Positions 51,667 to 59,088 of a stretch of 59,088 nucleotides of DNA are shown piece by piece; position 1 is the stretch's first letter; every line of letters starts with the position of its first letter. The position numbers and the translations under genes are program-made. The notes under the pieces are model-generated. The model saw nothing but the letters and a program-made list of their open reading frames with translations. It searched no databases and was not told where the DNA came from. This DNA is from Armatimonadota bacterium (GTDB taxonomy: Bacteria; Armatimonadota; SYMT01). Where the stretch lies: positions 1-59,088 of the forward strand of contig JBKBRF010000043.1 of assembly GCA_046292385.1 (NCBI GenBank), read 5' to 3'.

Positions 51667-52626
51667 ATGAAGACACTCGTTACCGGCGGTGCCGGGTTCA
51701 TCGGGTCGCACCTGTGCGACGCACTGATCGAGGGCGGCCACGAGGTGATCGCGGTCGACAACTGCCTCACCGGCAGCGCGGCCAACATCGAGCACCTGCG
51801 CGACCACCCGCGCTTCACCTTCGTGCAGCACGACATCGTGGAGCCGTACTCCGGCCCCGGCTCGGACTCGCTCGACGCGCTCTTCCACCTCGCCAGCCCC
51901 GCCAGCCCGGTGGGATACCGGACCCACTCGATCGAGACGCTCAAGGTCAACTCGATCGGCACGATGCACATGCTGGAGCTGGCGACGCGCACCGGGGCGA
52001 AGTACCTGGTCACCTCCACCTCCGAGGCTTACGGCGATCCGCTGGTCCACCCGCAGCGAGAGGACTACTGGGGCAACGTCAACCCGGTCGGCCTGCGCGC
52101 CTGCTACGACGAGTCGAAGCGCTTCGCGGAGGCGGCAACGATGGAGTGGGTGCGGAAGTATGACACCGACGCCCGCATCATCCGCATCTTCAACACCTAC
52201 GGCCCGCGCAACCAGCTCGACGACGGCCGCGTGGTGCCGAACTTCATCACCCAGGCGCTCCAGGGCGAGCCGATCACCATCTACGGCACCGGCAGCCAGA
52301 CCCGCAGCTTTCAGTACGTCTCGGACCTGATCGAGGGGATCCAGCGGGCGATGTTCACGCCGGAGACGAAGGGCGAGGTGTTCAACATCGGCAACCCCAG
52401 CGAGTTCACCATCCTCGAGTTCGCCCGCGAGGTGATCGCGGTGACCGGCAGCGACTCCTCGCTCGTCTACCGGCCCCTGCTCTTCGAAGACGATCCGAGC
52501 CGCCGCCGGCCGGACATCACGAAGGCGAGGGAAGAGCTCGGGTGGGAGCCGCGGATCCCGCTGCGAGAAGGACTCCAGCGGACCGTCGCCTGGTACCGCA
52601 CCCAGCTCGAGCAGCTACGGCGGTAG
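51667..52626 (+). CDS. UDP-glucuronate decarboxylase (UXS-like, SDR family)
   Basis: [67 protein letters not shown]. Confidence 0.92.
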   Translation: MKTLVTGGAGFIGSHLCDALIEGGHEVIAVDNCLTGSAANIEHLRDHPRFTFVQHDIVEPYSGPGSDSLDALFHLASPASPVGYRTHSIETLKVNSIGTMHMLELATRTGAKYLVTSTSEAYGDPLVHPQREDYWGNVNPVGLRACYDESKRFAEAATMEWVRKYDTDARIIRIFNTYGPRNQLDDGRVVPNFITQALQGEPITIYGTGSQTRSFQYVSDLIEGIQRAMFTPETKGEVFNIGNPSEFTILEFAREVIAVTGSDSSLVYRPLLFEDDPSRRRPDITKAREELGWEPRIPLREGLQRTVAWYRTQLEQLRR

Positions 52627-52735
52627 CCGGGGCGGCTCCGGAACGGTCCTTGAGGTAGGAATCACGGCCCGCGGCGGGGAATCTGCCGCGGGCGTTTCCA
52701 TGCGCCGCTTCTGATCCCCTCCGGAGCCATCTTCC

Positions 52736-53647
52736 ATGTCCCGCCGTTCCGCTCCCGCATTCTTCCGCACGCTTCTCGCCGTCGCCCTCGTCGCCGGGGC
52801 CGCGCACGCGGCGTCGCTCACCCCGCAGCAGAAGGCGGCGAGCACCAGGTACGTGCTCGGCCTGCGCAACAAAGATGGCGGCTTCCGCGCCGCCGCGGCA
52901 GCGGGTCCGTCTTCCCTCGGCGCCACCAACTCCGGGCTGCGCGCCCTCCACTACCTCGGCAACAAGCTGGAGGATCCGCGGGACGTGCCGAGCATCGGCT
53001 TCCTGCTCGGCTGCTGGGACCGCCAGTCCGGCGGCTTCGCCGACGCGCCGGGCGGGCCGGTGAGCGTTCGCTCCACCGCGATGGGCGTCATGGCCTCCGC
53101 GGAGTTCGCGCGGGACCTGGGCGACGGCGGCGAGGTGCTCCCCGCCGAAGTGCTGAAGGGGGTCCACACCTACTTTGGGCAGAACGCGAAGAGCCTGGAC
53201 GAGATCTACATCGCCGCCGCCTCGCTGCATGCCGCGGGGGTGAAGTCACCCGACGCCTCGAAGTGGGCCGACGCGTTCCAGGCGACCGCCAGGCCGGACG
53301 GCACTTACGGCGCGACGCCGGTCGACACCGCCCGCGCCGTGGTGACGCTGCTCCGCCTCGGCGCGCAGCCGAAGGACCAGGCCGCCGCGATGAAGTCGCT
53401 CCACGCCGCCCAGCGGCCGGACGGCGGCTGGGGCGTGGAGAAGTCGGACCTGCCGGGCACCTATTCCGTGATGCGCGCGTTCTACATGACGAAAGAGAAG
53501 CCGAACCTGAAGGCGGTCCGGGAGCTCGTGGGACGCTGCCGCAACCCCGACGGCGGCTATGGTGTCACACCGGGTACCCCGTCCGCCCTGAGCCCCACCT
53601 ACTTCGCCTCCATCGTGCTGCACTGGGCGGACGAGATGGAGAAGTAG
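52736..53647 (+). CDS. Secreted prenyltransferase/squalene-oxidase-repeat protein
   Basis: Signal peptide; repeated (N/Q)..DGG(F/W/Y) units. Confidence 0.8.
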   Translation: MSRRSAPAFFRTLLAVALVAGAAHAASLTPQQKAASTRYVLGLRNKDGGFRAAAAAGPSSLGATNSGLRALHYLGNKLEDPRDVPSIGFLLGCWDRQSGGFADAPGGPVSVRSTAMGVMASAEFARDLGDGGEVLPAEVLKGVHTYFGQNAKSLDEIYIAAASLHAAGVKSPDASKWADAFQATARPDGTYGATPVDTARAVVTLLRLGAQPKDQAAAMKSLHAAQRPDGGWGVEKSDLPGTYSVMRAFYMTKEKPNLKAVRELVGRCRNPDGGYGVTPGTPSALSPTYFASIVLHWADEMEK

Positions 53648-53671
53648 CGCCGCCTCCGCGGGAGAGTATCG

Positions 53672-56506
53672 ATGCCGTACCGCCGTCCCTCATCTCCTCG
53701 CCGTCTCGCGCCGACGCTGGCGGTGCTCGGCCTCGCCTCCGCTGCCGCCCTGCTCGGTCTCACCGGGCAGGGCGCGGCGGCGCCGGCCCCCGCGGCGGAG
53801 CGGGCGGCGACAGTGCTGGCGGACCGCTGCCTCTCCTGCCATAACGCGGAGAAGAAGGCGGGCGGCATCGATCTTTCCACCCGCGCCGCCTTCACGGCTG
53901 CGAAGCTGGGTGCCGCGAAGGCGGACGACAGCCGGCTGGTGAAGGCGGTCGTCTCCGGCAAGATGCCGCCCACCGGCAAGCTCCCGGCCGCGGAGATCGC
54001 CGCGCTGAAGGCGTGGGTGGCGGCGGACGCGCCGTACGCGCGGGAGCCGCTGCGGGCGCTGCTCCCGTCGGAGCGGCCGCTCTGGTCGCTGGAGCCGATC
54101 CGCCGCGTCACCCCGCGGAAGACCCGGTTCGATCGCCTCGCCCGGAACACCGTCGACCGCTTCGTCTTCGCCGGGCTGGAGCAGAAGGGGCTCTCCCCCT
54201 CCGCCCCGGCCGGCAAGCGGGAGCTGCTCCGCCGGGTCAGCTACGATCTCACCGGCCTGCCCCCCACCCCGGAAGAGATGGCGGCGTTCCTGGCCGACCG
54301 CTCGCCCGAGGCCTACGAGAAGGTGGTCGAACGGCTCCTCGCCTCGCCTGCCTACGGCGAGCGCTGGGCGCAGCACTGGCTCGACGTGGTCCGCTACGGA
54401 GACAGCCACGGCTACGAGCAGAACCACCTCCGCGCCAACGCCTGGCCGTATCGCGACTACGTGATCCGCGCGCTCAACCAGGACACTCCGTACGACCGGT
54501 TCATCCACGAGCAGCTCGCCGCGGACGTGGTGGCGAAGGGCGACCCGCGCCGCGAGGTGGCGACCGGCTTCCTGGTGGCCGGCGTGCACGACACGGTCGG
54601 CAACTCGACCGAGGAAGGCAAGCGCCAGCAGCGCGCGAACGACCTGGATGACATCGTCTCCGCCACCGCGGAGACGTTCCTCGGGCTCACCGTCGGCTGC
54701 GCCAAGTGCCACGACCACAAGTTCGATCCGATCCCGCAGGTCGACTACTATCGCCTCGCCGCCGTCTTCGCCGGGGTCCGGCACGGCGAGCGCCCGCTTC
54801 CGGAGACGGCGGAGGACCGGGAGCGCCGGGTGCAGGCGGACGGCGTGCGGCAGGAGCTCCGCGCCGTCCTCGGCGGGCTGCTCGACCTGCAGGACGAAGG
54901 GCGCGCCGCGCTGCTCCGCCAGCGGGGCGCGGAGGTGGGGCGCCCGCCCACCAGCCCGCGCCACAACACCGAGCGCTTCGCCCCGGTCCGCGCCCGCTTC
55001 GTCCGCTTCACCGTCACCGCCACCCGGGACGGCATGGAGCCGTGCCTGGACGAGCTGGAGGTCTTCGGCCCGGACCTGCCCGGCAACCTCGCCCTCGCGT
55101 CGCGCGGCGGGAAGGCGGCGGCGTCCTCGCTCTACCCCAACGCCGCGATCCACCAGATCCATCACCTCAACGACGGCAAGTACGGCAACGACTGGAGCTG
55201 GATCAGCAGCGAGCGCGGGAAGGGCTGGGCGCAGATCGAGCTGAAGGAGCCCGCCCGCATCGACCGCGTCGCCTGGGCCCGCGACAGCTCCACCGGCCGG
55301 CGCCTGACCGACCGCTGCCCCACCGGGTATCGCGTCGAGGTCTCCGAGGACGGCGCGAGCTGGAAGACGGTCGCGACCGGCGACGACCGCGCCCAGGAGG
55401 CGGAGCGGCAGCCCGAGCTGGAGGTAAAGGCCCTCGGGCCGGAGCAGGCCCGCGTGCGCTCGGAGCTGCTGGCGCGGCAGGAGGAGCTGGAGGACCGGCT
55501 CGAGTCGTTCAGCCCGCGAATGGCCTACGTCGGCTCCTTCGGCGAGCCGGACCCGATCTACCTGCTCAAGCGCGGCGACGTGATGCAGCGCGGCGATGAG
55601 GTCGGCCCCGGCCCCCTCTCCTGCGTGAGTGTGGGAGACGACGCCCCCGCCGCGGCGCCGCAGAGCGAGCCGCAGCGGCGCCTGGAATTCGCCCGCTGGC
55701 TCACCGACCGTCGGAACCCGCTCACCGCGCGGGTGATGGTCAACCGGATCTGGCACCACCACTTCGGCCGCGGCCTGGTGGCGACGCCGAGCGACTTCGG
55801 CCACAACGGCGAGAAGCCGACCCATCCGGAGCTGCTGGACTGGCTCGCCACGGAGCTGATGAACGGCGGCTGGAAGCTGAAGCGGCTGCACAAGATGCTG
55901 GTGACCACCTACACCTACCGGCAGTCGAGCGCCGCCAACCCGCGCGCGGAGGCGATCGACGCCGGCAACCAGTACCTCTGGCGGATGCCGCTGCGGCGCC
56001 TCGACGCAGAGGCGCTGCGGGACAGCGTCCTCGCCGCCTCCGGCAAGCTGGACCGGAAGATGGGCGGCCCCGGCTTCCGGCTCTTCAAGTACAACGTCGT
56101 GAACGTGGCGATCTACGAGGACCTGGAGGAGCACGGGCCGGAGACGTGGCGCCGGAGCGTCTATCACCAGCGGGCGCGCGGGATCCGGGACGACCTGCTC
56201 GGGAGCTTCGACTGCCCCGAAAGCAGCCAGAAGAACCCGCGCCGGGTGAGCACCACGACGGCGCTTCAGGCCCTGAGCCTGCTGAACGGCCCGTTCCTCA
56301 CGCAGCAGGCTGGCTTCCTGGCGGAGCGCCTGCGGAAAGAGGCCGGAGCTTCCGAGAGCGCGCAGGTCGCCCGCGCATTCCAGATCGTCTTCGGGCGCGC
56401 GCCCTCCGCGGAAGAGTCGAAGTCGGCCGTCGCCCTCGCCCGGCAGCACGGCCTCGACACCCTCTGCCGCGGCCTGCTCAACGCCAACGAGTTTCTCTAC
56501 TACTGA
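53672..56506 (+). CDS. Planctomycete cytochrome c + DUF1549 + discoidin insert + DUF1553 protein
   Basis: [68 protein letters not shown]. Confidence 0.92.
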   Translation: MPYRRPSSPRRLAPTLAVLGLASAAALLGLTGQGAAAPAPAAERAATVLADRCLSCHNAEKKAGGIDLSTRAAFTAAKLGAAKADDSRLVKAVVSGKMPPTGKLPAAEIAALKAWVAADAPYAREPLRALLPSERPLWSLEPIRRVTPRKTRFDRLARNTVDRFVFAGLEQKGLSPSAPAGKRELLRRVSYDLTGLPPTPEEMAAFLADRSPEAYEKVVERLLASPAYGERWAQHWLDVVRYGDSHGYEQNHLRANAWPYRDYVIRALNQDTPYDRFIHEQLAADVVAKGDPRREVATGFLVAGVHDTVGNSTEEGKRQQRANDLDDIVSATAETFLGLTVGCAKCHDHKFDPIPQVDYYRLAAVFAGVRHGERPLPETAEDRERRVQADGVRQELRAVLGGLLDLQDEGRAALLRQRGAEVGRPPTSPRHNTERFAPVRARFVRFTVTATRDGMEPCLDELEVFGPDLPGNLALASRGGKAAASSLYPNAAIHQIHHLNDGKYGNDWSWISSERGKGWAQIELKEPARIDRVAWARDSSTGRRLTDRCPTGYRVEVSEDGASWKTVATGDDRAQEAERQPELEVKALGPEQARVRSELLARQEELEDRLESFSPRMAYVGSFGEPDPIYLLKRGDVMQRGDEVGPGPLSCVSVGDDAPAAAPQSEPQRRLEFARWLTDRRNPLTARVMVNRIWHHHFGRGLVATPSDFGHNGEKPTHPELLDWLATELMNGGWKLKRLHKMLVTTYTYRQSSAANPRAEAIDAGNQYLWRMPLRRLDAEALRDSVLAASGKLDRKMGGPGFRLFKYNVVNVAIYEDLEEHGPETWRRSVYHQRARGIRDDLLGSFDCPESSQKNPRRVSTTTALQALSLLNGPFLTQQAGFLAERLRKEAGASESAQVARAFQIVFGRAPSAEESKSAVALARQHGLDTLCRGLLNANEFLYY

Positions 56507-56514
56507 GAGCTGAC

Positions 56515-57975
56515 ATGAAGCACCACGATCCTCGCCCCCTGACCCACGACCGCTGGCTCGACCGCCGGCAGTTCCTGGGCGATATCGGCACCGGGCTCGG
56601 CAGCATCGCGCTGGCGTGCATGCTGGCGGAAGAAGCAGCCGCGGGGCCCGCGAAGCTCGACGATCCGCTGGCGCCGCGCAGCTCTCACTTCCCGGCGAAG
56701 GCGAAGCGGGTGGTGCAGATCCTCTGCCCCGGCGCGGTGAGCCACCTCGACACCTTCGAGTACAAGCCGGAACTGGAGAAGCGGCACGGGATGCCGATGT
56801 CCGGCGAGAAGATCGTCACCTTCCAGGGCGGCAACGGCAACCTGATGAAGAGCCCCTGGGGCTTCCGGCAGCACGGGCAGTCCGGCAAGCACGTGAGCAA
56901 CCTCTTCCCGCACCTGGCGCAGTGCGTCGACGACATCGCCTTCGTCCACTCCCTCACGGCGAAGAGCAACACGCACGGGCCGGCAATGCTCCAGATCAAT
57001 ACCGGCTTCATCCTGGAGGGCTTCCCCTCCATGGGCGCGTGGGTGACCTACGGCCTGGGAACGGAGACGCAGAACCTGCCGGCGTTCGTGGCGATCCCGG
57101 ACGTGCGCGGCAACCCGCCCAACGGACCGGCGAACTGGAACAGCGGCTTCCTCCCGGCGGCGTTCCAGGGCACCTCGTTCAACACGGAGAAGCCGATCGC
57201 GAACCTGAAGCCGCCCTCCGGCTCGACCGCGAAAGAAGAGGGCGATCTCCGCAGCTTCCTCGCCAACCTGAACGCCGCGCACCTGCGCCGCCACCCCGGC
57301 CACAGCGACCTGAGCGCCCGCATCGGCGCCTACGAGCTGGCGGCGCGGATGCAGCTCAGCGCGCCGGAGGTGACCGACCTGGCGAAGGAGTCGGGCGCCA
57401 CGCTCAAGCTCTACGGCGCCGACAGCGAGAACCCGCTGAAGGCGGCGTATGCCAAGAACTGCATCCTGGCGCGGCGTCTGCTGGAGCGGGGGGTCCGCTT
57501 CGTGCAGGTCTACTGCGGCGGGCCCGCGTCACAGGTCGACGGTCTCCTCAACTGGGATGCCCACAAGACGCTGAAGGCCGACTACGAGCGCCACGCGCCG
57601 ATCATGGACCAGCCCACGGCGGCGCTGCTGCTCGACCTGAAGCACCGCGGGATGCTGAAGGACACGCTGCTGCTCTGGTGCACCGAGTTCGGCCGCATGC
57701 CGACCCACCAGACCGGCAGCGAGGGCCGCGACCACAACCCCGAGGGCTTCACCTGCTGGATGGCGGGCGCCGGCGTGAAGGGCGGCACCAGCTACGGCGC
57801 GACGGACGAGCTCGGCTACAAAGCCGCGCAGGACGTGAGCACCATCTACGACTTCCACGCGACGGTGCTCCACCTGCTGGGGATGGACCACACCCGCCTG
57901 ACCTACTACCACAACGGCACCCAGCGCCGCCTGACCGACGTCCACGGCCACGTCATCAAGCCGGTGCTGGCGTAG
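56515..57975 (+). CDS. DUF1501 domain protein (Tat-like RRQFL)
   Basis: [59 protein letters not shown]. Confidence 0.93.
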   Translation: MKHHDPRPLTHDRWLDRRQFLGDIGTGLGSIALACMLAEEAAAGPAKLDDPLAPRSSHFPAKAKRVVQILCPGAVSHLDTFEYKPELEKRHGMPMSGEKIVTFQGGNGNLMKSPWGFRQHGQSGKHVSNLFPHLAQCVDDIAFVHSLTAKSNTHGPAMLQINTGFILEGFPSMGAWVTYGLGTETQNLPAFVAIPDVRGNPPNGPANWNSGFLPAAFQGTSFNTEKPIANLKPPSGSTAKEEGDLRSFLANLNAAHLRRHPGHSDLSARIGAYELAARMQLSAPEVTDLAKESGATLKLYGADSENPLKAAYAKNCILARRLLERGVRFVQVYCGGPASQVDGLLNWDAHKTLKADYERHAPIMDQPTAALLLDLKHRGMLKDTLLLWCTEFGRMPTHQTGSEGRDHNPEGFTCWMAGAGVKGGTSYGATDELGYKAAQDVSTIYDFHATVLHLLGMDHTRLTYYHNGTQRRLTDVHGHVIKPVLA

Positions 57976-58025
57976 GTTTCGCCGCGGAGAGCCGGGCGCG
58001 TCGGCGCGGCCTATCCCCCGACACC

Positions 58026-58688
58026 CTAACCCTCGCCACCATCGGCCTCCCCCACTCCCGGCAGGCCGCGCACCCGCAGGTGGACGAGGTAGCCGATGAT
58101 CGCGGAGGAGGTGCCGGTGCGCTCCGCGACGCGGTCGAGCACCCGGGAGTAGGAGCGCTCGTCCTGCTCGGTCGGCTTCTCCGGCATCAGGCGCGTGTAG
58201 GCCTCGGCCAGCATGGCGAGGAGCTCTTCCAGGAGTCGGCCCTGGATACTCGGCAAGGAGCGGTTCGGGGTTTCGCTGAACTTGCGGGTCACCTGCTCGG
58301 CCACCGCCTCCCAGGTCTTGCCCTGCTCCGCCTTCTGCACCCGCTGCTGGTGCGACTGCGCGGTCAGGCGCGCCGCTTCCTCGCGGTTCTGCTTGTGCAC
58401 CGCCCAGTCTTCCAGCGTCTCGCCCTGGAAGACGTGGATCCGCAGGGGGCGCTTCACCGCGTGCTGAATCAGCTGCTCGATCAGATTCCGGTGCCGGTTG
58501 TCCAGCAGGAGCCCGGAGCGGTGCATCTCGGTAACCACGTACCCGAGCACCAGCTCGTCGTTCTCGATCGTCAGCGGACGCGCTGCCTCGAGCGCCCGCC
58601 ACAGCGCGGGCAGGCTCACGCGGGCCTTCATCTGGTCGGTCACGTAGCGCCAGAGCACATTCAAATCGACCTGGGGCGGCTGGGACAT
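58026..58688 (-). CDS. Hypothetical protein
   Basis: 220-aa ORF with GGAGGAG RBS and natural composition. Confidence 0.75.
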   Translation of the reverse strand: MSQPPQVDLNVLWRYVTDQMKARVSLPALWRALEAARPLTIENDELVLGYVVTEMHRSGLLLDNRHRNLIEQLIQHAVKRPLRIHVFQGETLEDWAVHKQNREEAARLTAQSHQQRVQKAEQGKTWEAVAEQVTRKFSETPNRSLPSIQGRLLEELLAMLAEAYTRLMPEKPTEQDERSYSRVLDRVAERTGTSSAIIGYLVHLRVRGLPGVGEADGGEG

Positions 58689-58936
58689 GGTTCTCCTCCG
58701 CGGGAAGATTGGCCGGCGAGCAGGCACTTCCCTGCCGGTCGCCGAGCACCTTCACACTAAGACTGCACAACAAATGGAGTTCCGCACTGAGCAGCCAGCA
58801 CAAACCCGGTTCCACCCACCGCCGGAAGCCAACGGCGTCCGGAGGGACAGCCGCAGGCTGTGCCGGAGGACGCCCCTTGTGACCGCCCCTGGGCCCAGAT
58901 ACCGGCGGCGAAATCAGGGGCCCGGGAAGGTCACTA

Positions 58937-58985
58937 GCGGCCGAGCCATCCGGCGAGATTCCCCTGTCGGGGAAGCGGTGGCAAG
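58937..58985 (+). repeat. Left half of REP-like element ending in the CAAG loop
   Basis: GCGGCCGA...CCGGCGAGATTCCCCTGTCGGGGAAGCGGTGG-CAAG; homologous to the reverse complement of 51445-51493. Confidence 0.8.
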
Positions 58986-59088
58986 TGTCACACGCTGTAA
59001 AGTTACACCACTGGCGGCGCAGGCGAGATTTGCCGCCGTCCGCGGTTCGGGAGGGGCGGGAAAAGCTCGGCCGCCTTCGTTTCCCCAT
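58986..59088. mobile_element. Terminal fragment of an IS-like element (starts TGTCACAC...)
   Basis: 58986-59036 is the inverted-repeat partner of 10-60 and is preceded by CAAG. Confidence 0.75.

Noticed and set aside
58740..58935. Possible ncRNA upstream of the last gene (GGCGTCC...GGACGCC hairpin)
   Set aside because: A hairpin is present but matches no RNA family I recognise; an Infernal/Rfam scan would be needed.
57529..59088. 519-aa minus-strand ORF starting in the terminal element as a transposase
   Set aside because: No DDE or HUH motifs; it overlaps two real genes out of frame.

Overview
GC-rich bacterial chromosomal segment. The [34 protein letters not shown] prepilin protein and general gene content suggest Armatimonadota (inference only). 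Housekeeping genes (rpmB, holA, glyQS, serS, glcD/E/F, gmhB, a GHMP/heptose kinase, a GalU-like nucleotidyltransferase, a UDP-glucuronate decarboxylase, a MoxR-DUF58-transglutaminase operon) are mixed with many secreted or accessory genes (two CAP proteins, S8 protease with PPC repeats, BTAD-NTPase-TPR regulator, SGNH multidomain protein, HAF-repeat protein, S1/P1-type nuclease, PSCyt/DUF1549/DUF1553 plus DUF1501). Main observations: (1) both window ends are the ~51-bp terminal inverted repeats of an IS-like element (TGT...ACA), each inserted precisely at the CAAG loop of a REP palindrome, and an intact empty-site REP is present at ~51.4 kb; (2) a full-length ArgRS paralogue lacks the HIGH, MSK and tRNA-recognition motifs; (3) a small GIY-YIG nuclease gene is bracketed by two 159-bp palindrome-ended elements, with a third solo copy at ~50.1 kb; (4) a four-helix-bundle gene is enclosed by a 32-bp heptamer-built inverted repeat; (5) a DtxR/MntR-like palindrome precedes a prepilin-like plus PepSY-TM gene pair. 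No rRNA, tRNA or CRISPR array was recognised. All family assignments come from motif recognition by eye, not from database searches.
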